Under the pieces are notes generated by a model. The model made no database searches. It saw nothing but the letters and a program-made list of their open reading frames with translations, and was not told the origin of the DNA. A program made the position numbers and the translations under genes. Below, in pieces: positions 8,854-19,589 of a DNA stretch of 58,182 nt (positions within the stretch are counted from its first letter, which is position 1; each line of letters opens with the position of its first letter). This DNA comes from an uncultured virus (IMG/VR IMGVR_UViG_3300028888_000072) (Duplodnaviria > Heunggongvirae > Uroviricota > Caudoviricetes), in the IMG/VR virus record IMGVR_UViG_3300028888_000072, positions 62,001-120,182 of that record. One strand, 5' to 3'.

Positions 8854-9615
8854 ATGAAAATTTATAATGCATTTGGAATAACACCAACAAATTCATTTAC
8901 ATCAGCAGGATCTGATTATTATATTCCTAATTTGAAAACAGAAGAACAAATTAATCTTGCGTTAAAAGCATTTGAAAAATCTTACGGAAAATCTACTGAA
9001 CAGATAAACACAATTTATCAAGAATTTATTAAGCAATATGAAGTTAAAGAACAAGCTGCTAATTTAACTCATTTATTTTTAGCAACATATGATAAGCATT
9101 TAGAAGCAGCAAAAACTGGTTCAATTTATTCTGCAGTTAAATATTTTATAAATAATTTTGCAGTTTATGATAGAAAGAAAAAAGTAGTTGGAGTTGCTTT
9201 AAAACTTAACGATACATTATTTATTAATTCAGGAATTAAAGTAGCATTACCAACAGCATGGAATGATAAAGGACCTAATACTGAAAATTTACGTCAAATG
9301 TTAGAATTATTAGGTTTTGGAATTGCAGGATTATATGTAAATAAGTCAGGATGTGGAAATAGAGGATGGGATGTTCGTGCATGTTTGGTCGATGAAGATT
9401 ATGCAGGATTTGTTCACCTTTCACAATCTTATACAAAAGATTTATATACAGAAGGACAGAATATTGTTTATTGCGGAGATAAATTAGTTCAGATGATGCT
9501 TATTCCTATTATTCATACTGTTTATGAAAATTCTAAAGAAGACGAATATAATAAGATAATGGAAAATTCTCAAAGAGGAGACTCAGGATTTGGAAGTACA
9601 GATGTTAAACATTAA
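8854..9615 (+). CDS. dut: Trimeric dUTPase with large insertions
   Basis: Motifs I-V: SAGSDY, NKSG, ACLVDEDYAG, GDKLVQM, RGDSGFGSTD. Confidence 0.9.
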   Translation: MKIYNAFGITPTNSFTSAGSDYYIPNLKTEEQINLALKAFEKSYGKSTEQINTIYQEFIKQYEVKEQAANLTHLFLATYDKHLEAAKTGSIYSAVKYFINNFAVYDRKKKVVGVALKLNDTLFINSGIKVALPTAWNDKGPNTENLRQMLELLGFGIAGLYVNKSGCGNRGWDVRACLVDEDYAGFVHLSQSYTKDLYTEGQNIVYCGDKLVQMMLIPIIHTVYENSKEDEYNKIMENSQRGDSGFGSTDVKH

Positions 9616-9644
9616 TGTAATTTCATTATGTAATAATTATAATT

Positions 9645-9980
9645 ATGAATAAAAAGAAAATTTATATATCATTACCTATAGCATTTCAGGAAGATACTGT
9701 TTATGATAGAAATAATAAAGCTAAAGAATATCTTCAAAGAAAATATAGAAAATATGAATGGGTATCTCCAATAGATTCTAATCATATTGATAATGAAGCA
9801 TTAGGTAATCATCTTGAAATTGAACGTACTGCATACTATATGGGTAAAGATATTGAACAAGTTATATTATGTGATGCAATACTTATGTGTCCTGGTTGGG
9901 AAAATTCAAAGGGCTGTAAGGTTGAGAAATTTACAGCAGAAACATACGGTAAAGAAGTTTTATATATGAAGGGAGATTAA
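9645..9980 (+). CDS. DUF4406 family protein (deoxyribosyltransferase-like fold)
   Basis: KIYISLPI...YMGKDIEQVILCDAILMCPGWENSKGCKVE. Confidence 0.85.
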   Translation: MNKKKIYISLPIAFQEDTVYDRNNKAKEYLQRKYRKYEWVSPIDSNHIDNEALGNHLEIERTAYYMGKDIEQVILCDAILMCPGWENSKGCKVEKFTAETYGKEVLYMKGD

Positions 9981-10001
9981 TTCTCCCTTTTATTTTTTTT
10001 T
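9969..10001 (+). terminator. Rho-independent terminator
   Basis: AAGGGAGA-TTAAT-TCTCCCTT plus long T run. Confidence 0.8.
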
Positions 10002-10075
10002 AATAAAATATTTCATATATTATTTAATTTTTTTATTTCTTTACTATATTATATTTGTAATCAAATAAATAAATT

Positions 10076-10516
10076 ATGAAGATATTTCAAACAGGTAAAA
10101 CAATTCGTTTAAGAAACATTGAAGATTCATATTATGATTTGAATATTGGAGATGTTTTTTATAATTTTGTAAAAGATATTGCAACACCAAAATATGAAGT
10201 TGTTAATAAGAAATATATATTCCGTTCAGTAGATCCTGATGATATTGATGAGAACGGAAATGTGTATACTTATAATCCTGTTGAAGTTTCACGAGATGAT
10301 TTCAAAGATACTGGTTTATTCCTTGCTGTTACTTCTGATGATGGTGGTCAGGCAATTATTGTTCTTACAATTAAGAATCTTGAAACTGGAGAAATTTTTG
10401 AAGATATTTCAGAACATAATGGAGGAGACTATAACAGTGAATTTATTGAATGGTCTTCAAAAAATGAGTACGATGCATTTGATTTAGCAGATTGGTATTT
10501 CAAAACTAAATATTAA
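10076..10516 (+). CDS. Hypothetical protein (DLxxGDxxY family)
   Basis: YYDLNIGDVFYNF motif; promoter-like CTATATT at 10044. Confidence 0.65.
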   Translation: MKIFQTGKTIRLRNIEDSYYDLNIGDVFYNFVKDIATPKYEVVNKKYIFRSVDPDDIDENGNVYTYNPVEVSRDDFKDTGLFLAVTSDDGGQAIIVLTIKNLETGEIFEDISEHNGGDYNSEFIEWSSKNEYDAFDLADWYFKTKY

Positions 10517-10521
10517 ATAAT

Positions 10522-10929
10522 ATGAAACATCATTCATCAGCTAGTTTTGTTAATGATCATTTTGATTTTTATATTAAATGGGCAATATTGAAGCAGGCTC
10601 AGAATCAGAATTTGGTAGGTAATCCAATGGAAATTGATGAATATACAAAATTCAGTAATGCAACATTAGAAGAAGTTAAAAAATTATTTCCAGATATTTA
10701 TAAAGATATTGTTGAAAATGATAAGCCAGTATTTACATTTAGACAGATGAAACATACTTTTGAGGAAGGTTTTCATTTAAGTGGATATATGTGCCGAACA
10801 AATCAAATGAACCGATATGTATTTATGGATGAAGAAGACTATAAGGATTCAAAATATGAAAAGGACTGGGAAAATAGCTATAATGATTGTGAAGATAAAG
10901 ATACAGTAAACAAATATAATTGGATGTAA
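10522..10929 (+). CDS. Hypothetical protein
   Basis: Operon-packed ORF. Confidence 0.65.
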   Translation: MKHHSSASFVNDHFDFYIKWAILKQAQNQNLVGNPMEIDEYTKFSNATLEEVKKLFPDIYKDIVENDKPVFTFRQMKHTFEEGFHLSGYMCRTNQMNRYVFMDEEDYKDSKYEKDWENSYNDCEDKDTVNKYNWM

Positions 10930-11345
10930 TTATGAATGATATAGCAAAGTACAAACTTGAATTAATTTCAAAAGATGATGAGTATACAAGATGCCGTATT
11001 GGTGGTCTTAATATGGCTTATTATAAATGTAGTTGGAATAAAGATAAACTTGAAACATTTGGTGGCATCTGTGGATTGATTCGTTGTAAAGAATATCCTG
11101 GGTATTGTTTCTTGTGTATGACATATCATAAGCAGAAAGACGGAGAATTTGCAATGCCTAACTATATAATTGATTTTTCGCCTCTTTATAATAAAGAAGG
11201 ACAGATGATTCTGATTGAATATGATCATGATGATATCTGTACTTCTATTGAAAGAGGATATAAAGATTATGATACAAACAAATGGGTTGATTGTGAATTA
11301 GTATTTTGGAATAATGGATGTTTCGATGAATTTAAAAAAAGATAA
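10920..11345 (+). CDS. Hypothetical protein
   Basis: Operon-packed ORF; start may be the second Met. Confidence 0.6.
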   Translation: MDVIMNDIAKYKLELISKDDEYTRCRIGGLNMAYYKCSWNKDKLETFGGICGLIRCKEYPGYCFLCMTYHKQKDGEFAMPNYIIDFSPLYNKEGQMILIEYDHDDICTSIERGYKDYDTNKWVDCELVFWNNGCFDEFKKR

Positions 11346-11347
11346 TT

Positions 11348-11746
11348 ATGATAAAGATAAATAAGACATTTTTAGGATTAGTAACTTGTTATGATGAGCA
11401 GATGCTTTCATATTCAATTGGATATACTTGTATTATTGAAAGAAGCATATTTGCTCGTAATATGAAAACGAAATCTTTACATTTTAATTCAATTATTCAA
11501 GGCACAATTAGAGAAATTGTTTCTGAAAATAAAATGAAGTATTTTGTAAAAGATGTTAAAGATGAGTTTAGCAAAGAACGAGATAAATGGATTGATTTAG
11601 TAAAAACAAATAAAGCTGAAAGGGAAATAAGAGACAATATTATTGGAGTTTTGATCAATAGAGCAAAAGATTTTGGATTTAATCTTATTATGTTTAATTG
11701 GATGCCATCACAGACATGTCATACTCTTGAAGCAGCATTAAGTTGA
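11348..11746 (+). CDS. Hypothetical protein
   Basis: Operon-packed ORF. Confidence 0.6.
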   Translation: MIKINKTFLGLVTCYDEQMLSYSIGYTCIIERSIFARNMKTKSLHFNSIIQGTIREIVSENKMKYFVKDVKDEFSKERDKWIDLVKTNKAEREIRDNIIGVLINRAKDFGFNLIMFNWMPSQTCHTLEAALS

Positions 11747-11747
11747 T

Positions 11748-12389
11748 ATGAAACTAACAGGTAAGGCTCGCGAACAAGCAAGAATAATTATAAAGCATAT
11801 TGAATCACTTGGTGGCAAACTTCAAAAGGAATGCCCAGGTGGTTCAATATATTGTAGTCTTAATGCTATTCGTCAAGTACGAATTTCAGATCATATTGCA
11901 TTAAAAGGTGATATTGACCGTATTGATGTCATTATTCAACAAGAAAAAAATACTTTCAAATATGTTTGTATATATTATCGTAATATGGTGATATATGACA
12001 ATATTGGTAAAGTTAAACAATGGATAGAGAATCTTGAATTTACTGTTAAAATTGTTCTTATGAATATGGCTACAAATTCAATGATTAATAAGAGAGATTA
12101 TGAAGAAAAAATAGATAAGCTTAAGAAAGAAATTACACTTAAAGAAAATAAAGCGCTTGAATATAAAAAGAAAATAGAGGAATTAAATAATATTAAAAAG
12201 AATTATGATAATGTAATTCACGAAGCAAACGTTTCAAAACAAGTAAATAAAAAGCTACGTGAAAAAATAGATAATCTTACTAAGTATCATAATATGTGGC
12301 AAACAGTAAATTCTGAAAATAATAAATTGAAAAAACAATTAAAGCAATTTTATATTTATAGAAGTCATTTTAACGATGGTGAAGCATAA
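11748..12389 (+). CDS. Hypothetical protein with RISDH motif and C-terminal coiled coil
   Basis: SIY...VRISDH; heptad K/E-rich C-terminus. Confidence 0.65.
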   Translation: MKLTGKAREQARIIIKHIESLGGKLQKECPGGSIYCSLNAIRQVRISDHIALKGDIDRIDVIIQQEKNTFKYVCIYYRNMVIYDNIGKVKQWIENLEFTVKIVLMNMATNSMINKRDYEEKIDKLKKEITLKENKALEYKKKIEELNNIKKNYDNVIHEANVSKQVNKKLREKIDNLTKYHNMWQTVNSENNKLKKQLKQFYIYRSHFNDGEA

Positions 12390-12403
12390 TTTTATTTAAT
12401 AAA

Positions 12404-12432
12404 TTGAATTATTAATTTTTTTTAACTATTTA
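12404..12432 (+). promoter_or_regulatory. Putative promoter TTGAA-N17-CTATTTA
   Basis: Recurring motif upstream of the OmpA-like gene. Confidence 0.55.
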
Positions 12433-12492
12433 TAATTGATATTGATATATATTCGATATCATAAAATATATTAACTTAATTTTTATAAAAGA

Positions 12493-13509
12493 ATGAAGAA
12501 ATTTATTTTAACTTTGGTCATCGCATTTATGATGATCTTTACAGCGAATGCTCAGATCGCAACTGAGAAAAGTAATGCGTTAGATAATATTAATATTGGC
12601 GTTACTGCTGGTGTTTCAACACCTCTTGATTTTAATTCTATGTTTCCACTTAATACTAATGTAGGTATTAAAGTAGGTAAGAATTTTACTCCAGTATTTG
12701 GTATTCAAGCAGAAGGTATTGCATTTTTAAATGATAATCATTTTAGTGATATTAAAACTGCTATTAAGGCAACTAATGTTGGGGGTAATTTAGTATTTAA
12801 TTTATCAAATATTTTTGGTGGATATAATGGAACACCACGTGTATTTGAAATTAGTACAGTAACTGGTCTTGGTTGGATGTATACATGGAATACATCAAAC
12901 AATTTCCTTACTGCAAAGACTGGATTGGATCTTGCATTTAATCTTGGAAAGAAGAAAGCTCATTCAATTGTAATTACACCTGCAGTATATTGGAATCTTA
13001 ACAAATTTGGTGATATTAAGTTTGATAAACATGGATCACAGCTTGCAGTTAATATTTCATATATTTATCATTTCAAGACAAGTAATGGAACACATCATTT
13101 TAAGACATATGATGTTGGTGCAATGTTAGATGAAATTAGTCGTTTGAATGGCGCACTTTCAGAATGTGAGAGTCGTGAACCTAAGGTAATTGAAAAGACT
13201 GTTGCTATTGAAACTCCTGTGACACAGCAAACAGATACATATGTATTTTTTGCATATGACAGTTCTGAACTTGATGATCGTGCTAAAGACGAACTTAATA
13301 AGCTTGGTGAAAATGGAATTTATGATATCGTAGCATTTGCTTCTAATGAAGGTGGTACAGAATATAATATTGCACTTTCACAACGTCGTGCTGATGCAGT
13401 AAAGGAATATCTTGAGAAACGTGGATGCAAGATTAATTCTGCTGTAGGTAAGGGTGTAGCATTTGGTCTTACAACTGGTAGAGTTGCTATTGTAACTGCT
13501 GTACATTAA
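12493..13509 (+). CDS. OmpA-family outer membrane protein (Bacteroidales-type)
   Basis: Signal peptide ending ANA-Q, beta-barrel-like N-terminal half, OmpA C-terminal motif FFAYDSSEL...YNIALSQRRADAVKEYL. Confidence 0.9.
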   Translation: MKKFILTLVIAFMMIFTANAQIATEKSNALDNINIGVTAGVSTPLDFNSMFPLNTNVGIKVGKNFTPVFGIQAEGIAFLNDNHFSDIKTAIKATNVGGNLVFNLSNIFGGYNGTPRVFEISTVTGLGWMYTWNTSNNFLTAKTGLDLAFNLGKKKAHSIVITPAVYWNLNKFGDIKFDKHGSQLAVNISYIYHFKTSNGTHHFKTYDVGAMLDEISRLNGALSECESREPKVIEKTVAIETPVTQQTDTYVFFAYDSSELDDRAKDELNKLGENGIYDIVAFASNEGGTEYNIALSQRRADAVKEYLEKRGCKINSAVGKGVAFGLTTGRVAIVTAVH

Positions 13510-13531
13510 TTGTTAATTATTATTTATAAAT

Positions 13532-13560
13532 AAAGCAGATCATTAATGATCTGCTTTTTG
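13532..13560 (+). terminator. Rho-independent terminator
   Basis: AAAGCAGATCAT-TA-ATGATCTGCTTT plus T run. Confidence 0.8.
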
Positions 13561-13627
13561 TTGTTTTATATACTTCAAATTCAATATCTTTATTTATTTT
13601 TATTTATAATATATGATTTGAATTTAA

Positions 13628-16600
13628 ATGCCAGAACCAGAATTAACAGTAAAAAAACATTTAGAAAATATTGATAATAATACTAAATCATTAGGCAAAA
13701 CAATTAAGGTAAAAATGCCAAATAATAAAACTGAAGAAATTGATTTAATGCAATTATTACTTCAGGGTGTTGGAACTGCGCTTTTTGGAACATTTAAAAG
13801 AGATGAAGGTGGTCTCCAAAATTTATTTCAAAATACCGGTGTATCTTTATATAGTTTAGTAGAAAGTTCTGGAACATCTCTTAATAATATTAAAGAAAAA
13901 ATAGAAGATGTTTTACCAAATATTAAAACTGATGTTGCTGACATTAAACAAATTCTTTCAGATAATCTAATTAATAATTCTTCACAAAGTACACTTGATA
14001 TAGAAATAAAAGGAGGTAATATTGTTAAAGATTTAACTAAGTTTTCTGAAGTATTAGAGCGATATAATGGTACAGATCCATTAACTAATTTCTTAAATGC
14101 CATTAATGATTTAATCAAAATTGAAAAATTAGATTCTAGTTCACTTAATGAAAAGATTAAGACATTATATGATATTGTAAGTAATGATAAAGGAAAATCA
14201 TTTCAATCTCTTTTTAAAAAAATTAATGAATTAGCAGGATCTGTTAAAATTAATGAAAGTATAAAAAATATTTCTTATGCTATTAATGCTATTGTTTCAA
14301 TATTAAATATTAGTGAAATTAAAACAGATTCTTTATATAAGTTAGCTTTTTTAACTGATGACAGAGGACCTATTAGTATAATCATTAAAAATATAAGTAA
14401 ATTTTCTAAAATACCTAATGAAGTGCAAAAATCATTAGAAGCATTAGATGATTTATTTAAAGCTATCGTTACAGTAAGTAGCATTGGTTTTTTCCAACGT
14501 AAAAGAATGGCAAGTAATTTGCAATTCATTAATAATTATATTCTTAAGGAGTTACCTGCTGTATTTGATAATATAAAAACAGTAAGTGCATTAAGTAACG
14601 ATACAGTTAAATCAGTTGAAAACCTTGGAGAAATATTTAAATTGATTGTTGAAATTAGTGATTTGAAATTTAAGAAAAAAACAAGATTAATTGATAATCT
14701 TGATTTTATACAAAATGAATTATTAGAAAAAATAAAATCACTTATAATAAACTTATATGTATCAACAAATGAAATAACAAAAAATACAGATTCAATATTA
14801 GGTTCTTCACAAAATATTAAAAGTATATTAGATACATTTTTAGAAATTGCTAAAATAGATGATAAGGAAATAGATAACATTATATATTCAATAGAATACA
14901 TTAATGATGAAGTAATAGATTCTATTAAAAAATTATTAAAATCTATTGGCAACATAGATGTTAATGACAGTTTTGAAACAATTAAAAACATTAATTTTGT
15001 ATTTGAATCATTAAAAACAATATTCGACCAAATACCATCTTTTAAAAGTTTAATATTAAGTTCAATTAAACTATCTGCATTAAAAGGATTATTAGAATCT
15101 GAAGTAGTTAAAATTGTTGATATAATTATAAATTTACCAAGTATATCTTCTGTTAAGTTAGATATATTTTCTGAAGATTTACCTGAAATATTTTATGGAT
15201 TAAAATTAATTGATTCACAAATTAGTATAAAAGATTTTACAAAGATTCTAGCAAAATATGAATTCTTTAAACAGGAATTGACAATATTAGATGATATACT
15301 TAAGTATATTCGTACAATTGATGGTACAACAGAATTTGGAACAATAAAAGATAGTTTTATAAATGATATTGTAACTGGGTTATCTGAAATTGAAATTCAA
15401 TTGGATAAAATGGATTTTAAGCATGAATTAGAAAATTTTCAGGCTTTAATTGATGAGCTTACAATTATCAATAAAATTGTTGCAATTGATAAGATATTAG
15501 CTAAGAACATACAGAATATTGATTATGAATCTATAAAGGAATATATAGATAATGATCTTAAATTATTTGTTGAAATATTTACAACAAATCATGACATTGG
15601 AAAGAATATAACTAAATTAGTAAAATTAGATAAAAAGGATCTTGAAAATATAGATACATTAATTAGTGCATTTAAATCATTAAGTAAATTAACCAAAATA
15701 TCAATATCATCAAAATTAACTGAAGCTGGTATGAATGCTATGGAAAATGCAGTTGATAAGATGATAAAAATTGTTGATAAGATTAAAGAAGTTAAAAATT
15801 CTGATGTTGAAAAAGCTAAAGATTTCATTAAATCATTTATGATGATAATTGCTGCTTCTGGTGCAATAATGATTTTTGGCGCTTTATTAATGTCAAAAGT
15901 AAAAATTGCAGATTTAATATTATTTACTGTTTCATTAACATTTTTTGTAGGTTCTATATTATTTGCATTTAGGTTATTTGCTAAAGGAATTAAAAGTGAA
16001 TTAGAAGGAGCTAAAGATTGTTTAACATTAGTTGCTGGTGCAGGTTTAATAATGATATTAGGTTCATTAATTATTAATTTTATTGATCCTAACGATTTAT
16101 TGAAATTTACTATTACATTAGGTACTTTCTTATTTGCTATAGGTGCAGTATTTTTGTTAGTAGGAAAAGGATTTAGTAAGATTAGATCTGGTGCTGAACA
16201 TGCAATGATTATCGTTGTGGGATCTGCGTTAATTTTATTATTTGGCGCCATTGCATATCATTTCATTCCACTTAAAGATTTGACGGGATTTATATTTAAT
16301 TTAAGTTTCTTCATATTTGGAGTTAGTATGATATTATGGGCCGTATCAAAAGGATTAAAAAGTATTAAACGTTCATCTGAAGAATTTTTGATAATTGTTG
16401 CAGGCAGTGCATTAATAATGTTACTTGGTTCAATTGCATATCATTTTATTCCACTTAAAGATTTACTTGGATTTACAATAATGTTATCATTATTTATTGT
16501 TGGTGTAACATTACCATTTATATTCTTAAGTAAAAATAGTAAAAATGCATTTAAGGGTGCTGGAGAATTGGCTATACTTGTTTTAGTTTCTGCAGCTGTA

Positions 16601-19387
16601 TTATTATTAGGTGCTAAATTATTAAAACCTGAAGATTATTTAAATTTAATATTATTTGCAGTTGTTTTAACAGCATTTACATTTGCAATTGTATATGTTT
16701 ATAAGAAAGCATCTAAAGATGCACCACAGGCTATAATTGGTGCTATAGCAGTTGCATTATTAACAATTGTTGGTGGAGGTGTACTTTTATATGCTGGTAT
16801 GACTATTGCAAAAGATCCTGATATATTAATATATGCATTATTATTTGGCGCAGGATTATTAGCATATACATACCTTACAATACAGTTAGCTCAAATGGCA
16901 GCTAAAAATTCAAAAAATATTTGGACTGGTTTGGCAGCTATAGGGGGTGTATTATTAGTTACATACGCAGGTATAAAAGTTATTAATACATTATTAGAAA
17001 CATTTAATGGTGTAGATAAATGGACTCTGATTAAATCGTTAGTAAAAGGAGTTGCATCAATGTATGCAGTTATTATAGCTATAGGTGCTGGTGCTATTGG
17101 TTTAGGATTGGCTCTTACTGCAGAAACATTCGGTATAGGTGCTGCGGGTTTGGCTGCTGGTTTAGGTATTATTTGGTCAATAGCTGAAGTTACTGATGTT
17201 ACTATCGGTGTTATAGATCATATCTATAAAGTTATGCAAGGCATACCTGATGTTAAGAAAGTTGAAACAGATATGGTTGCAGCAATAGGAGTTATTGCTT
17301 CAGTACAAGATGCAATAATTGAATCATTCAGTTTAAAGAAATCTGCTAAAATTGCTATATGTTCTAAAGTATTTAAAGAAACTGCAATTATGCTTAGTGA
17401 AATTGGTAAAGCACTTAAAGACTGGGCTGATTTAAAGATCGTTTCACAATATGATTCAAAAGGAAATCCAACAGCATATCTTTCATTAGGTTCAAGTGAT
17501 TTTACACAAGCTGCAAATAATATTAAAGCTGTGTTACTTGCATTAGGTACAGCTATTGTTGAAACATATGATGCTGCACAAGGAAAAGGAATATTTGATG
17601 ATCCAACTGGATTAGGATTATTAGATACACCATTTGCAAGAGTTGTTAAAGCAATGAAATACACTGGTCCAATGCTTACTTCAATAGCACAAGGAATTAA
17701 GGAATGGGCAGATCTTAAAATTGTATCTAAATATGATAAAGATGGTAATCCTATTGAATACATGGCTTTAGGAGATGGTGATTTTACAAAAGCTGCAAAG
17801 AATATTAAAGATGTATTAGTCGCAATAGGTAATGCTATAGTTGAAGTTACTAAAGATCGTCCAGATTTATTTGGCGAAGGTATTTTTACAGATTCACCAG
17901 CAGTTAATGCTGCTAAAGCAATGAAATTAATGGGTGATGTATTAAGTACTACTGCACAAGCAGTTAGTTGTTATGCATCAGGAAGATTTCCAATATATGA
18001 TAAAGAAGGAAAAATTGTTGATTATAATATTGTAGGGGATGGTGATATTGTATCTGCAAAAGAAAAGATTAAAGCTGTTCTTACTGCTTTAGGTGAATCT
18101 ATAACAGATGTCGTTAAAGATCCTGCTAATAAAGATATATTCAGTGATGGTATGATAACTGATTCTCCTGCTATAGTTGCAGCTAAAGCTATGGAAGGAA
18201 TGGCTAATGCTATTGATAAAATGGTTGATATTATGACCAAGTTTAAAGATTTGAATTTGGAAGAAATCAATTTAGAAAGCGTTAAAGAAAAAATAGCAGG
18301 ATTACTTGGTGATACATTAGCAATCATGAGATTATTCATGGCTCCTAAAGGTGAAGCAAGAAAAGGATTATGGGGTTGGACAAAATCATTATTTTGTGGT
18401 ACACAATCTGTTGGTGATTATATAAATGAAAACATGGAAGATGTCACTAAAGCTACAGAAAATATTGGAAAACTCGTTGAAGCTGTTGTTGGTGTAATTA
18501 ATAAGATATCATCAATTGGAGAAATCATAATAAAGAATAATGAAAATCTTGCAATTATATATGATGCTTCATTTGGATCTAAACTTCAAAACTTATTTGG
18601 TGTAATTAGTTTAATTGATAAAGCAGTAAATGAAGTTAAAGTAGAAAATAAAGATGATCTGTTTGATTTATTTAGTTCATATACAGATATATTAGATACA
18701 TTAGTTAAATGTGTAAATGATTTTGATTCTGATTCTGTAACATATCTTGATTTACTTGAAAAAGGAATTATTAAATTATATTCTACAACATCAAAAATAG
18801 AAAACATTGCTGCATTTAAAGAATATGTAGCTGATGTTAAAAGTTTTGTTGAAGCTATTAATTCATTAGATATCAATAAACTTTCATCAATGAATAGCTT
18901 AACAGAATCATTAAATAAGTTGGCAAGTAAACTTGGTAATATGGATGATTTAGTTGATGTATTGGCTAATAAAGTTACAATGGTATTATTAGAATTGGTT
19001 AATCAATTGAATCATGCTGAAAGAGTTATTAAGAATGCTCATGAATTACAAAATAGACGTAAGAAACTTATTGAAGAATCTGTTCATAAAGTTAAGGAAA
19101 TAATGAAACAGAATATGATTGTTAAAGTTGGTAAGCTTGAAGAATCACAATTAGGAAAACCTTCAGTCGGTTCAACGAGTGGTGGTACTGAAAGTGGAAG
19201 TGGTTCATCTGAAGGAAGCACACCTGAATTAGAGTCTCCAGAAGAAACTCCAGTAAATAATAAAGATAAGAATGATGTAAGTAATATTTCTAAACCAACT
19301 AAAAACGAATCATATTTTGAAAAACCTCTTACTGCTGAAGAATTTAACCAAATGATGCGTGATCATATGAAAGGATGGACTGGATAA
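13628..19387 (+). CDS. Probable tail tape measure protein
   Basis: 1919 aa, mostly helical; central hydrophobic 61-aa repeats and C-terminal 94-aa repeats; lies just upstream of the gp3-like tail gene. Confidence 0.65.
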   Translation: MPEPELTVKKHLENIDNNTKSLGKTIKVKMPNNKTEEIDLMQLLLQGVGTALFGTFKRDEGGLQNLFQNTGVSLYSLVESSGTSLNNIKEKIEDVLPNIKTDVADIKQILSDNLINNSSQSTLDIEIKGGNIVKDLTKFSEVLERYNGTDPLTNFLNAINDLIKIEKLDSSSLNEKIKTLYDIVSNDKGKSFQSLFKKINELAGSVKINESIKNISYAINAIVSILNISEIKTDSLYKLAFLTDDRGPISIIIKNISKFSKIPNEVQKSLEALDDLFKAIVTVSSIGFFQRKRMASNLQFINNYILKELPAVFDNIKTVSALSNDTVKSVENLGEIFKLIVEISDLKFKKKTRLIDNLDFIQNELLEKIKSLIINLYVSTNEITKNTDSILGSSQNIKSILDTFLEIAKIDDKEIDNIIYSIEYINDEVIDSIKKLLKSIGNIDVNDSFETIKNINFVFESLKTIFDQIPSFKSLILSSIKLSALKGLLESEVVKIVDIIINLPSISSVKLDIFSEDLPEIFYGLKLIDSQISIKDFTKILAKYEFFKQELTILDDILKYIRTIDGTTEFGTIKDSFINDIVTGLSEIEIQLDKMDFKHELENFQALIDELTIINKIVAIDKILAKNIQNIDYESIKEYIDNDLKLFVEIFTTNHDIGKNITKLVKLDKKDLENIDTLISAFKSLSKLTKISISSKLTEAGMNAMENAVDKMIKIVDKIKEVKNSDVEKAKDFIKSFMMIIAASGAIMIFGALLMSKVKIADLILFTVSLTFFVGSILFAFRLFAKGIKSELEGAKDCLTLVAGAGLIMILGSLIINFIDPNDLLKFTITLGTFLFAIGAVFLLVGKGFSKIRSGAEHAMIIVVGSALILLFGAIAYHFIPLKDLTGFIFNLSFFIFGVSMILWAVSKGLKSIKRSSEEFLIIVAGSALIMLLGSIAYHFIPLKDLLGFTIMLSLFIVGVTLPFIFLSKNSKNAFKGAGELAILVLVSAAVLLLGAKLLKPEDYLNLILFAVVLTAFTFAIVYVYKKASKDAPQAIIGAIAVALLTIVGGGVLLYAGMTIAKDPDILIYALLFGAGLLAYTYLTIQLAQMAAKNSKNIWTGLAAIGGVLLVTYAGIKVINTLLETFNGVDKWTLIKSLVKGVASMYAVIIAIGAGAIGLGLALTAETFGIGAAGLAAGLGIIWSIAEVTDVTIGVIDHIYKVMQGIPDVKKVETDMVAAIGVIASVQDAIIESFSLKKSAKIAICSKVFKETAIMLSEIGKALKDWADLKIVSQYDSKGNPTAYLSLGSSDFTQAANNIKAVLLALGTAIVETYDAAQGKGIFDDPTGLGLLDTPFARVVKAMKYTGPMLTSIAQGIKEWADLKIVSKYDKDGNPIEYMALGDGDFTKAAKNIKDVLVAIGNAIVEVTKDRPDLFGEGIFTDSPAVNAAKAMKLMGDVLSTTAQAVSCYASGRFPIYDKEGKIVDYNIVGDGDIVSAKEKIKAVLTALGESITDVVKDPANKDIFSDGMITDSPAIVAAKAMEGMANAIDKMVDIMTKFKDLNLEEINLESVKEKIAGLLGDTLAIMRLFMAPKGEARKGLWGWTKSLFCGTQSVGDYINENMEDVTKATENIGKLVEAVVGVINKISSIGEIIIKNNENLAIIYDASFGSKLQNLFGVISLIDKAVNEVKVENKDDLFDLFSSYTDILDTLVKCVNDFDSDSVTYLDLLEKGIIKLYSTTSKIENIAAFKEYVADVKSFVEAINSLDINKLSSMNSLTESLNKLASKLGNMDDLVDVLANKVTMVLLELVNQLNHAERVIKNAHELQNRRKKLIEESVHKVKEIMKQNMIVKVGKLEESQLGKPSVGSTSGGTESGSGSSEGSTPELESPEETPVNNKDKNDVSNISKPTKNESYFEKPLTAEEFNQMMRDHMKGWTG

Positions 19388-19406
19388 AATTATTAATTGA
19401 TTAATT

Positions 19407-19586
19407 ATGAAATGTTTTAATTTATATTATAATGATTCAAAAATAAATAATAGGCCATTAACAAAGGATGAAGTAGAAACTATTATGAAAACAGATAAAG
19501 ATATTATTAAACATAATAATGTTACTGGTAAAAATGAAAAAATTCCTTTGAATAGAATTAAAATAATAAAAACAATTGTTATATAG
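19407..19586 (+). CDS. Small hypothetical protein (59 aa), not in ORF track
   Basis: MKCFNLYYNDSKINNRPLTKDEVE...IKTIVI; fills the gap and ends TAG TAA directly before the next ATG. Confidence 0.65.
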   Translation: MKCFNLYYNDSKINNRPLTKDEVETIMKTDKDIIKHNNVTGKNEKIPLNRIKIIKTIVI

Positions 19587-19589
19587 TAA

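Noticed and set aside
13828..18876. Multiple minus-strand ORFs within the tape measure gene, and similar antisense ORFs elsewhere (e.g. 6219, 46679, 51533, 52331)
   Set aside because: Antisense shadows caused by codon bias; no motifs or expression signals.
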